DNA of 64,000 nucleotides from an uncultured Desulfosarcina sp. (GTDB lineage: Bacteria > Desulfobacterota > Desulfobacteria > Desulfobacterales > Desulfosarcinaceae): positions 2,464,001-2,528,000 of the forward strand of contig CAXXWQ010000003.1 in NCBI GenBank assembly GCA_963674945.2, in the 5' to 3' direction. The position numbers and the translations under genes are program-made. Under the pieces are notes generated by a model, which was given only the letters and a program-made list of their open reading frames with translations, was not told the origin of the DNA and searched no databases. This document shows, one piece after another, positions 11,701-20,323 of this stretch; positions within the stretch are counted from its first letter, which is position 1; each line of letters opens with the position of its first letter.

Positions 11701-14700
11701 CGCGACAAAATTCAGACGAAAAGCCCTCGCGCACGGAGATGAATCAAGCGTTGGCCTTGATTCAAAAGGGCCTGGAATCGATTCAGGCGATCCAGCAGCA
11801 GACGGCCAAGGCCCACCAATTGTTTCTGGAAAGCCAATCCCAGGCAAGCCGAACCCTCCAGGCGATGATGGCAAGTTCCCGCGCATTGATGGGAAACGCC
11901 TTGGACATTGCCCAACCGGAGGTTTTTAACAGTCAGCTGTCACACGTTTCGAATCCATCGTTGGCGCCGTCCCAGGCTGCGGCCTTTTCCGATGAACGAC
12001 CCTCTTCTCCGCAGAAAACACCTGCGGGCCATCTCGCGACGGTTGCTGTGGCAAAGCCGTCCATTCCAATCAATACGAATAGGGTCTCTTTGCCATTACA
12101 GCCTCCTACCGACCAGCCACCCTCTGCGGTGTCACGCCCAACCGACGATGAAGACGTACGGGCCGCGTTGCTATCCGTGGTCTCCGAGCTGACCGGCTAT
12201 CCGGAGGAGATGCTGGGAATGGAGATGGACATCGAGGCGGATCTGGGCATCGACTCCATCAAGCGGGTGGAGATTCTTTCGGCCGTGGAGGCACAAATGC
12301 CCCATCTGCCCCAAGTGACCCCGGAAATGGTGGGCACCTTGAAAACCCTGGGACAGATCTGTGCGTTCCTATCGTCCGAGAACTTCGGAACGAAATCAGA
12401 CGGCGCTGTATCTTCCGGCGAACCTTCGGTCACAACCCAAGGACAAGACGTGCAATCCACCTTGCTATCCGTGGTCTCCGAGCTGACCGGCTATCCGGAG
12501 GAGATGCTGGGAATGGAGATGGACATCGAGGCGGATCTGGGCATCGACTCCATCAAGCGGGTGGAGATTCTTTCGGCCGTGGAGGCACAAATGCCCCATC
12601 TGCCCCAAGTGACCCCGGAAATGGTGGGCACCTTGAAAACCCTGGGACAGATCTGTGCGTTCCTATCGTCCGAGAACTTCGGAACGAAATCAGACGGCGC
12701 TGTATCTTCCGGCGAACCTTCGGTCACAACCCAAGGACAAGACGTGCAATCCACCTTGCTATCCGTGGTCTCCGAGCTGACCGGCTATCCGGAGGAGATG
12801 CTGGGAATGGAGATGGACATCGAGGCGGATCTGGGCATCGACTCCATCAAGCGGGTGGAGATTCTTTCGGCCGTGGAGGCACAAATGCCCCATCTGCCCC
12901 AGGTGACCCCGGAAATGGTGGGCACCTTGAAAACCCTGGGACAGATCTGTGCGTTCCTCTCATCGGGAAATGCACCCGATTCTGTTAATCCGAAGACCGA
13001 TATCGAGGAGGCCGACAAAGAGCTGGTCTCCCGCCGTATCGTCAATATGATCGAATCGGTGAAACCATCGGGCCGTCCCTTTGCGATGAATTCAGGCCGG
13101 TGGCTGGGTGTAATGGGAGAAGCGGAACCATTTGCCCGATCCCTGGTCGTCGAACTTCAAAAAAGAGGGCTTGAAACGAGGCTCATCCCTTTGGATCGCG
13201 TCGAAAATCCGGATTCTTTTATCGGTGCGGCAGGCCTTGTGATTCCTGGCACGGTTTCACCGGAGACTGCGTTTCTCGCAGCCAAACATTGTGGTCCGGA
13301 ACTGATTGTGGCGACCCAAAAAGGCGACGCCCTCTTCGCCACGCTAACGATGATGGATGGGGCCTTCGGTTTCGCGGGAAATCGTTTCGACAATCCAGAG
13401 CAGGGTGCATTGGCTGGCCTGGCCAAAACGGCTTCTCTGGAGTGGGAATCGGTAACCTGCCGTGCCGTTGACCTGTCGCCGGAAATTTCCGATCCCGAAA
13501 CCATGGCCAAGCAGGTGGCTGATGAATTGTTGGCTGTCACAGACCAAGGTCCCATTGAAGTCGGCTTGTTTCCGGATCGTCGCGTTACCCTGACATCGGT
13601 GCCCGCCCAAACCGTAGAAGGCCGCCTTGGCCTTGGGCCGGATGACGTCGTGGTCATTACCGGTGGTGCACGAGGGGTGACGGCGCATTGTGCTCTCGCA
13701 TTGGCTCGTGCCACGGGTTCACAAATCGCCTTGATCGGACGATCACCAGCGCCCTTTGACACGCCCGGCTGGCTCGTGGGCATGGAAACGGAAGCGGCCA
13801 TGAAAAAGGCGATTCTCGCCAATCATTTCACCGGCACCGCACCCTCGCCCAAACAGCTGGAGTTTGAATTTCATAAGCAAATGAGCAACATCGCCATTTG
13901 CAGAACCATCGATCGCATCCGGGAAACGGGTGTGAACGCTCGTTATTTCAGTGCCGACGTGACAAAGAAAGATGAATTGGACAAGGTTATCCATTGCATA
14001 CGCGAAGAGATGGGCGTCATTACCACCCTGATCCACGGCGCCGGAATACTCCGTGACAAACGAATCATGGACAAGACGCTCGACCAGTTCCGCCTGGTGT
14101 ATCGTACCAAGGTGCAGGGATTCGCGAACCTCATGTCGGCAACCCAAGCCGATCCGCTTCGTTACCTGGTCCTCTTCTCTTCGGTCAGCGCACGAACGGG
14201 AAACACCGGACAATGCGACTATGCAATGGCCAATGAAGCTCTCAACAAATTGGCCAGAATGGAATCGTTTACACGGAAGGGATGTCAAGTCTCGGCCATC
14301 AACTGGGGCCCCTGGGATGGTGGGATGGTTTCCCCTGCGCTGAAAAAGGTTTTTGTCGATAATCATGTCGCCCTGATTCCTCTGGAGGCCGGTGCCAGGA
14401 TGATGGTGGCGGAGATGCAAAATGCCGACACCAATCCCGTCGAGGTGATCATCGGCAGTATGCTGGACACCGAAGACCAAGAGAACGCACAATTGGCCGA
14501 ACAGATGAAAATATTGGAGCGACGCGAATTGGATCTGGAGCGTTATCCGGTTTTGCGTTCCCACGTCATCGGAGGAAAACCTGTAGTTCCGTTTGCCCTC
14601 ATGGGCGAATGGATGGGACATGGGGCACTCAAGGGAAACCCTGGATTTTCTCTGCACGGCATCGACGATTTCCGACTGCTCAGCGGTATTCGAATCGGAA

Positions 14701-15380
14701 AAGAGGGAAAACTGGTACGGCTCATGGCCGGCCAACCCAGAAAGAACGGTGATGATTGGCATGTGAATGTGGAGCTGAGAAATGGCGTCAAGAATGGAAA
14801 AGACGTGATTCATTCCCGTGCCCGTGCCCTCCTCGTGAATCGATTCCCCGCGGCCCCTCCCTATACGGGCAATGGAAAAAACGGTGGTCGGGCCTTTCCC
14901 TGGGGCCTGGACGACGTTTACGGCGAAATTCTGTTCCATGGTCAGCAACTTCGGGCAATTCAATCCATCGAAGAATACTCGGACCACGGCATGACGGCGA
15001 AACTGACCGCAGCACCCAAGCCGGAACTGTGGATGGATGATCCCATTCGCGAACGATGGACTGCCGATCCCATGGTGCTGGACGGCGCCTTTCAAATGGC
15101 CACGGTGTGGTGCTTCGAGGCGAAAAAAGCGGTCTGCTTGCCCAGTTACACCCGTTCCTATCGGCAGTACCGGAGAAATTTCCCGGAAATCGGCGTTACC
15201 GCAGTGATGTCGGTGGTCGATGCCAACCATCGGAAGATGGTTGCCGACTTTGTCTTTCTGGATGATGAGAAGCAGGTGGTGGCAACCTTGCATGGCTACG
15301 AAGCCATTGTGGACGAATCCCTAATCCATCACTTTAAGAACAATCGATTACAATCAGCTATTATTGAAAATATTCAATGA
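8712..15380 (+). CDS. pfaA: PfaA-like iterative type I PKS/FAS: KS-AT-ACPx3-KR-DH
   Basis: KS VDAACASS/EAHGTGT/IGHTKAAAG; AT GHSYGE/AAFHS; three ACPs DLGIDSIKRVEI; KR ITGGARGVT/DYAMANE; DH RSHVIGGKPVVP and LDGAFQ. Confidence 0.93.
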   Translation: MTTQSRSSQPPVAIIGMGALFANSKNLKSYWRILRNGIDCITDPPESHSQLQDIHDVDPKKPDHIYCNRGGFLPPLPFDPTEFGIPPTALEATDTSQLLGLVAAKMALSDAGYGDGREFDRDRTSVILGVTGTQELVISLGSRLGHPFWRKALDGKGLDDRQIKSIIDDISDSYVSWQENSFPGLLGNVVAGRICNRLNLGGTNCVVDAACASSLSAIHLAILELTSGKSNMVVTGGVDTINDPFMHMCFAKTGVLSHTGNARPFSADADGTVLGEGIGIVVLRRLEDAERDRDRIYAVIRGIGSSSDGKSQSIYAPRADGQARALREAYRNAGIPIETVNAIEAHGTGTRVGDEVEFSALKSVFGEVRPNGNRCALGSVKSMIGHTKAAAGAAGLIKSALSLYNKVLLPTLKATVPDPKLEIESSPFYLNNRSRPWFKPKDHPRRSGVSAFGFGGSNFHVVLEEYRQENHEIGWDGSVEILAFSAEDPQSIIDEIDRLRDALREDTRPFSLEHAASRLRGVFSTDHPFRLVLVVETDLFQRKIEDHLFTAREIVTNGKDTFSATQGIYFGSPDRSPGEIAFLFPGQGSQYIDMGRDLACCFPEAMAAIESFDSRFEHETALGELIFPRPALSDEQKQQYIAAIGKTNVAQPAIGAISLAMFSVLSYFGIRPHCTCGHSYGEIPALYAAGWIDKDTLVNLSAIRGRLMAAAGKDRDAGTMMAVMAPIQEIGSIAAEHKGLVLANINSPQQGVLSGTTQSIEAARDACAEKGYSAVMLPVAAAFHSPLVQEAQIPFSEALAKVRITPSAVPVYANVTASCYPEDAEAAVDLLGRQLTAPVRFMEMVENLYKHGVRTFVEVGPKRVLSGLVRSTLHRDDVTAIAVDRSAGKNAGILDLAHVIGHLAALGVPVELNRWEEQPTKGRLPKMVVPLSGANYRVPRKKRANPPPQKAADVHQPHPQRTGVVITTGENAPKPKLQHNDEMKPNESKHQSPNGMTRQNSDEKPSRTEMNQALALIQKGLESIQAIQQQTAKAHQLFLESQSQASRTLQAMMASSRALMGNALDIAQPEVFNSQLSHVSNPSLAPSQAAAFSDERPSSPQKTPAGHLATVAVAKPSIPINTNRVSLPLQPPTDQPPSAVSRPTDDEDVRAALLSVVSELTGYPEEMLGMEMDIEADLGIDSIKRVEILSAVEAQMPHLPQVTPEMVGTLKTLGQICAFLSSENFGTKSDGAVSSGEPSVTTQGQDVQSTLLSVVSELTGYPEEMLGMEMDIEADLGIDSIKRVEILSAVEAQMPHLPQVTPEMVGTLKTLGQICAFLSSENFGTKSDGAVSSGEPSVTTQGQDVQSTLLSVVSELTGYPEEMLGMEMDIEADLGIDSIKRVEILSAVEAQMPHLPQVTPEMVGTLKTLGQICAFLSSGNAPDSVNPKTDIEEADKELVSRRIVNMIESVKPSGRPFAMNSGRWLGVMGEAEPFARSLVVELQKRGLETRLIPLDRVENPDSFIGAAGLVIPGTVSPETAFLAAKHCGPELIVATQKGDALFATLTMMDGAFGFAGNRFDNPEQGALAGLAKTASLEWESVTCRAVDLSPEISDPETMAKQVADELLAVTDQGPIEVGLFPDRRVTLTSVPAQTVEGRLGLGPDDVVVITGGARGVTAHCALALARATGSQIALIGRSPAPFDTPGWLVGMETEAAMKKAILANHFTGTAPSPKQLEFEFHKQMSNIAICRTIDRIRETGVNARYFSADVTKKDELDKVIHCIREEMGVITTLIHGAGILRDKRIMDKTLDQFRLVYRTKVQGFANLMSATQADPLRYLVLFSSVSARTGNTGQCDYAMANEALNKLARMESFTRKGCQVSAINWGPWDGGMVSPALKKVFVDNHVALIPLEAGARMMVAEMQNADTNPVEVIIGSMLDTEDQENAQLAEQMKILERRELDLERYPVLRSHVIGGKPVVPFALMGEWMGHGALKGNPGFSLHGIDDFRLLSGIRIGKEGKLVRLMAGQPRKNGDDWHVNVELRNGVKNGKDVIHSRARALLVNRFPAAPPYTGNGKNGGRAFPWGLDDVYGEILFHGQQLRAIQSIEEYSDHGMTAKLTAAPKPELWMDDPIRERWTADPMVLDGAFQMATVWCFEAKKAVCLPSYTRSYRQYRRNFPEIGVTAVMSVVDANHRKMVADFVFLDDEKQVVATLHGYEAIVDESLIHHFKNNRLQSAIIENIQ
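12168..12958 (+). repeat. Tandem 294-bp repeat encoding ACP + linker (about 2.7 copies)
   Basis: Units start at 12168, 12462 and 12756; essentially identical at DNA level (one synonymous CAA/CAG change seen in copy 3). Confidence 0.95.
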
Positions 15381-16093
15381 TTGAACTTCCAATAAAAGGG
15401 CATCCAGAGACCGTAACTATCGCCCCCACAAAACTCATCGCACTGGGTCTGAACTACAGGGAACACATTGCGGAGAGTACATCGGTCAAGGTCAAGGGAT
15501 TCACCGACGAGATACCCGACGAACCCATCCTTTTTCCCAAGACACCCAATGTCCTGATCGGGCCGAATCAACCCATCGTCATCCCCAAATTCATCGGCCA
15601 ATACGGATTCGAAGAATTGCGCACAGACTATGAGGCCGAGTTGGCATTGATCATCGCAGACCGTTGCAAGGACGTTCCCATTGAAGACGCCATGGATCAT
15701 ATTTTCGGCTACACATGCATGAATGACATCAGTCAGCGGAACATTCAAAACAATGACCGATCCGGATGGTTCCGCGGCAAATCCCTGGATACCTTCGGGC
15801 CCATCGGTCCCCGGGTGGTCCTGGCCAACGACCTGCCCGATCCCCAGAATCTTTCCATTTGCTGCAGGCGAAACGGTCAAACGGTCCAGGACGGCAACAC
15901 ATCCCAGATGATCTTTACTATTGCTGAGATCGTCTCGTTTATTTCTAAAAATTTTACTTTGATGCCCGGAGACATCATCCTCACCGGAACCCCATCGGGT
16001 GTCGGTCCCCTTTGCCATGGCGACATCGTCGAGGTGGAGATCGAACAGATTGGCATCTTGGAAAACCCGGTGATCGACCAGACAATGGAATAG
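15377..16093 (+). CDS. Fumarylacetoacetate hydrolase (FAH) family protein
   Basis: ALGLNYREH, DYEAEL, GYTCMNDISQR, GKSLDTFGPIGP, PGDIILTGTPSGVG; ATGA overlap with the pfaA stop. Confidence 0.93.
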   Translation: MIELPIKGHPETVTIAPTKLIALGLNYREHIAESTSVKVKGFTDEIPDEPILFPKTPNVLIGPNQPIVIPKFIGQYGFEELRTDYEAELALIIADRCKDVPIEDAMDHIFGYTCMNDISQRNIQNNDRSGWFRGKSLDTFGPIGPRVVLANDLPDPQNLSICCRRNGQTVQDGNTSQMIFTIAEIVSFISKNFTLMPGDIILTGTPSGVGPLCHGDIVEVEIEQIGILENPVIDQTME

Positions 16094-16129
16094 GCGTTCG
16101 AAAAAAACACTTCGGATACCACAAACAAA

Positions 16130-16158
16130 AAAAGGATGGGATCATTTCCCATCCTTTT
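16130..16158. terminator. Bidirectional intrinsic terminator
   Basis: AAAAGGATGGGA-tcatt-TCCCATCCTTTT hairpin between the convergent FAH and serA genes. Confidence 0.75.
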
Positions 16159-16180
16159 CCTATTTCTGGAAGGGCACTAT

Positions 16181-17764
16181 TTACAATTCCAGCGGTGTTA
16201 CCGTGTCGACCATTTCCGATGCGAGCAGCTTTTCGATGACATCGGGTGGCACCTGTGTGTCGGTTTGCAGAAAAATAACGTTGCGATCACCATCTTTTTC
16301 CTGCCCTACGTGCATCCGACCGATATTGATGTCGTGTTTGCCCAAGGTTGTGCCGATCCCACCGATGGCGCCCGGGCGGTCCTTGTTGAATATCAACAGG
16401 ATGTGGCCTTCGGGGACCAGCTCCAGGCGAAAGTTGTTGATCTTGACCACCTTGATGGCACTTCGGCCAAAGCGTGTTCCGGCGACCACATTTTCTCCCG
16501 CAGCCGTTTTGACGCGAAGGGTGATCAGCTGGGTGTAATCTTCGGCAACCGATGTGGTGGACTCGGTCACCTGAATCCCCATCTCCTTTGCCACCGATGG
16601 CGCGTTGACGGAATTGACTGCATCTTTGACCATGGGAGTGAGCAGTCCCTTTAAGATTGCGGTGGAAACCGGAGCCAGATCCATTCCTTGAAAATCTCCG
16701 GCGTATTCGATGGTAACCGATTTTACCGGGCCGTCAGCCAGCTGTGCCTGGAGACACCCCATACGATCACCGATGGCCATGTACGGTCCGATCTTTTTAA
16801 TCTGTTCCCCTTCCACTGAGGGAACGTTGACGGCGTTAACGATGGTGCCGTTCAGCAGATAATCGATGATCTGTTGCGCCACGGCGACGGCTACGTTGGT
16901 TTGTGCCTCCTGTGTGGAGGCTCCGAGGTGGGGGGTGCAGACGAATCGATCGGATTCAAACAAACGGCACTCGCCCGGTGGTTCGGTGGTAAACACATCC
17001 AGTGCCGCGCCGGCGACTTTGTCTGACGCCATGGCATCCCGGAGGTCGTCTTCATCGACGATCCCTCCCCTTGCACAGTTGATAATCATCACGCCGTCCT
17101 TCATTTTGTCGAACGCCGATTTGTTCAGTAAACCAACGGTCTCTTCGATTTTCGGAACATGAACCGAAATATAGTCGGAACATGCATATAGCTCGTCCAG
17201 GGATACGCTGGTAAAACCGGATTTTTCGATCTGTTCCGGTGCGACAAACGGATCATAGATCACAACCTTCATCCGAAGCCCCTTGGCACGATCCGCCACA
17301 ATGGAACCGATCTTACCGAAGCCGATAACGCCAAGCGTCTTGTTGAACACCTCCCGTCCCTGTAACTTTTTCTTGTCCCATCGGCCGGACTTGAGAGAGA
17401 GGGTGCCCTGGGGGATATTTCGTGTTAACGCCATCATCATGGCAATGGCGTGTTCTGCCGTCGTTACCACGTTTCCCGTTGGGGTGTTCATGACCACCAC
17501 GCCACGACGGGTGGCGGCAGGAATGTCAACATTGTCCAGCCCGATACCCGCCCGCCCGACCACTTTCAACCGGGATCCTGCCGTAAGGATCTTTTCCGTT
17601 ACCTTTGTTGCACTCCGGATAACGAGACCGTCGTAATCTTTGATGATCCCCTCGAGTTCCTGGGGGGAGAGAGCGGTCTTTACATCGACTTCGATGCCTT
17701 CGGTTTCACGAAACAACTGAATGCCAGCTTCGCCGAGGACGTCACTGACCAGCACCTTGAACAT
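16181..17764 (-). CDS. serA: D-3-phosphoglycerate dehydrogenase (with ASB and ACT domains)
   Basis: GRAGIGLDNVD, GVIGFGKIG, INCARGGIVDE, TPHLGASTQEAQ, C-terminal ACT DRPGAIG. Confidence 0.96.
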   Translation of the reverse strand: MFKVLVSDVLGEAGIQLFRETEGIEVDVKTALSPQELEGIIKDYDGLVIRSATKVTEKILTAGSRLKVVGRAGIGLDNVDIPAATRRGVVVMNTPTGNVVTTAEHAIAMMMALTRNIPQGTLSLKSGRWDKKKLQGREVFNKTLGVIGFGKIGSIVADRAKGLRMKVVIYDPFVAPEQIEKSGFTSVSLDELYACSDYISVHVPKIEETVGLLNKSAFDKMKDGVMIINCARGGIVDEDDLRDAMASDKVAGAALDVFTTEPPGECRLFESDRFVCTPHLGASTQEAQTNVAVAVAQQIIDYLLNGTIVNAVNVPSVEGEQIKKIGPYMAIGDRMGCLQAQLADGPVKSVTIEYAGDFQGMDLAPVSTAILKGLLTPMVKDAVNSVNAPSVAKEMGIQVTESTTSVAEDYTQLITLRVKTAAGENVVAGTRFGRSAIKVVKINNFRLELVPEGHILLIFNKDRPGAIGGIGTTLGKHDINIGRMHVGQEKDGDRNVIFLQTDTQVPPDVIEKLLASEMVDTVTPLEL

Positions 17765-18264
17765 TTTGCGCCTCCTTCTTCTTCATTATTCTGCACGATT
17801 TCTTTTCGCGAACCATCAAGGCCCTCTCTTTCCCCCCTTTAGGCGCCTGTTTGCCCCATTGTGGTAAAGGTGTTGGGCGTTGGAGTCCGGACACAACCCA
17901 ATATTCATATAAGGATTTGTAAATATATTACTTTTTATTTTTCTATGGGTTGTCTCGACCTCTCTGGCACACCCCAATCGAGGTCGAAAGCGGAGCATAT
18001 ACTGCATCAAGATTTATTGGAAAGTCAAGGTGCAAGACGGGATCTGCGCTTTTCATAAGAATATTTTTTCTATTGTTTACAGTATTTTAACTATAATTCA
18101 GACGTTAAAAAAATAAAAATTTGAACTTTTCATCATATCTTTCCAACCTCGGATCGAAAACACGACGAATCGTACCATCCTTCCTTCCTTTTGGTTCTTA
18201 TTGACAGGCGCAGCCGTAGTTGTTTATTTTCCGTATTCTTCCAAAAGAAAAGGAGTCTTTTCAC

Positions 18265-19389
18265 TTGCAAACCGAACACTGCATTCATTTTGGCGATGCG
18301 AAGAAGATGAACGCCCTGTCTTCGGAAAGCGTTCATCTGGTAGTAACCTCCCCCCCCTACCCCATGATCGAAATGTGGGACACACTGTTTCGTAGGCATC
18401 GGGAAATCGACGACGCGTGTAAACGCCAACATGGACGAGAAGCCTTTGAAGCCATGCATCGCCGATTGGATCCGGTTTGGGACGAACTCTTCCGGATTCT
18501 GGTTCCAGGCGGCATCGTTTGTATCAATATCGGAGACGCCACAAGGACCGTGAACGGCGAGTTTGCCCTTTACTCCAACCACAGTCGCATCCTGTCCTAC
18601 ATGCTCGGTCTCGGATTTCACAACATGCCGAATATCTTGTGGCGCAAACAGACAAATGCCCCAAACAAATTCATGGGGTCCGGTATGATGCCCCCCGGTG
18701 CGTATGTGACCCTGGAACATGAATATATCCTCATCTTTCGAAAGGGGGACAAGCGGCTATTCAAGTCAGCGGAGGAAAAATCCCTTCGTCGGCAAAGCGC
18801 CTTTTTTTGGGAGGAGCGCAATCAATGGTTTTCAGACGTGTGGATGGACCTTAAAGGAACACGCCAGAAGACCGGTGACAGGAAATTGAGATTGCGCAGC
18901 GGTGCCTTTCCCTTCGAACTGGCCTATCGTTTGATTTGTATGTTTTCCGTGATGGGGGATATGGTGGTCGATCCCTTCCTGGGCACCGGCACGACCCTGG
19001 CCGCTGCGGTGGCAACCGGTCGAAATTCTGCGGGTTACGAGTTGGACAATGCCTTCGGTCCGCTTATTCAGGAGCGATGCCAGGAAGCCGTTCAGGAAGG
19101 GCGCCTTCGCATCGCCGACCGTCTGGACGAACACCTTGCCTTCGTCCGGGAGCGGGAAGCGACTGGGAAAATCATCAAGCATAAAAGCCGCGTGTATGGA
19201 TTTCCGGTGGTCACCCGTCAGGAGACGGAATTGACCCTCTGCCCTCCCCGAACCATCGAAACGGTTGCCGAAACCAGGTTCCGCGTCTCCTACGAACACC
19301 CCGGCAGCCCATCCTCCATCGGGGAGGCAAAACGTGAGTCGAAGAAAAGGTCTTCAGAAAAAAAAGGGCAGCTTCAATTGTTCAATTGA
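18265..19389 (+). CDS. Beta-class N4-cytosine/N6-adenine DNA methyltransferase, orphan
   Basis: Catalytic VVTSPPY precedes SAM-binding DPFLGTGTT; likely start TTG 18265 behind AGGAG (track start 18220). Confidence 0.9.
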   Translation: MQTEHCIHFGDAKKMNALSSESVHLVVTSPPYPMIEMWDTLFRRHREIDDACKRQHGREAFEAMHRRLDPVWDELFRILVPGGIVCINIGDATRTVNGEFALYSNHSRILSYMLGLGFHNMPNILWRKQTNAPNKFMGSGMMPPGAYVTLEHEYILIFRKGDKRLFKSAEEKSLRRQSAFFWEERNQWFSDVWMDLKGTRQKTGDRKLRLRSGAFPFELAYRLICMFSVMGDMVVDPFLGTGTTLAAAVATGRNSAGYELDNAFGPLIQERCQEAVQEGRLRIADRLDEHLAFVREREATGKIIKHKSRVYGFPVVTRQETELTLCPPRTIETVAETRFRVSYEHPGSPSSIGEAKRESKKRSSEKKGQLQLFN

Positions 19390-19463
19390 CCAATCGGCCG
19401 ACTTACGTTTCGGCTGGCATCCATCGTTGTTGGAGAAAAAGACCGCACGGCGTTTGCATTCCC

Positions 19464-20276
19464 TCATATTTCGGCATAAATTTTCTGGGCTCTTTCCAGG
19501 GCAACGGCGTCATCGACCCCCATGGTTTCGGATTCGTCTTCGACGACATGATATCCTACCCGTTTTCCGTCCCGAACCATGTATTCGATCAGGTCCGTAA
19601 AAAAATACTCCTCGATGTCCATCAACGTTCCATCGACCTCTTTTTGTACAATCTGCGGATTGGAAGCCAAAATGGGCAGGTAATGTTCCAATGCCGATCG
19701 GTGAACCGCATATAGCCCGGAGTTGCAGACCGTCAATTGCGCCTGTCGCGCAATCGGATAGGACTTCCAGTATTTCCATTCGGTTATCTTTTGTACGCGG
19801 CCATCTTCGATCTCGAGGACCCCATATTGTTTTTTGTCGGCCGGAGAAAAGCCCAAGATCATCAGGTCGTGGTTGTCCAAGCCGGCCACCAGGTTTTCAT
19901 ACGTCGATCTTTTCACGAAGGGCACGTCCCCCATGGTGATGATCACGCGTTGGGCGTCCTGGGCGAAGATAAACGCTTTGGCGGCAAGAATGGCACCGCC
20001 GGTGCCGTTTAGCATGGGTTGTTCGCAATACACAGCACCGGTTTCCTGGGTGACGGCCTTGACCTTCTCTTTGCAATGGTTGACGACCAATGCTTTCGGC
20101 CCAGGGGGAAGGTTGCCCATGAGGTGTAAGACAATGGGTTTGTGTCCCGTGAAAATGTTTTTTTCGGGCGCAAGTGGCAACAGGGTTTTGTTTCCATCAT
20201 ACCCCTTCATCCGGCTTCCCCTGCCTGCCGCCATGATAATCGAAGCAATCGTCGAAGTAACTTCCGAGGTATTCAT
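19464..20276 (-). CDS. Sugar-phosphate nucleotidyltransferase resembling the GlmU N-terminal domain only
   Basis: MAAGRGSRMKG, QPMLNGTGGA, GDVPFV, KITEWK, CNSGLY, EYFFTDLI, MGVDD; no hexapeptide-repeat domain. Confidence 0.82.
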   Translation of the reverse strand: MNTSEVTSTIASIIMAAGRGSRMKGYDGNKTLLPLAPEKNIFTGHKPIVLHLMGNLPPGPKALVVNHCKEKVKAVTQETGAVYCEQPMLNGTGGAILAAKAFIFAQDAQRVIITMGDVPFVKRSTYENLVAGLDNHDLMILGFSPADKKQYGVLEIEDGRVQKITEWKYWKSYPIARQAQLTVCNSGLYAVHRSALEHYLPILASNPQIVQKEVDGTLMDIEEYFFTDLIEYMVRDGKRVGYHVVEDESETMGVDDAVALERAQKIYAEI

Positions 20277-20323
20277 AATTTCTCGTTTCCTTTATTACCC
20301 GTAAACAGGTTGACATCCGTTCT

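Noticed and set aside
13743..15293. 516-aa antisense ORF inside pfaA
   Set aside because: Shadow of the PKS reading frame with no motifs; the other overlapping short ORFs in the track were rejected for the same reason
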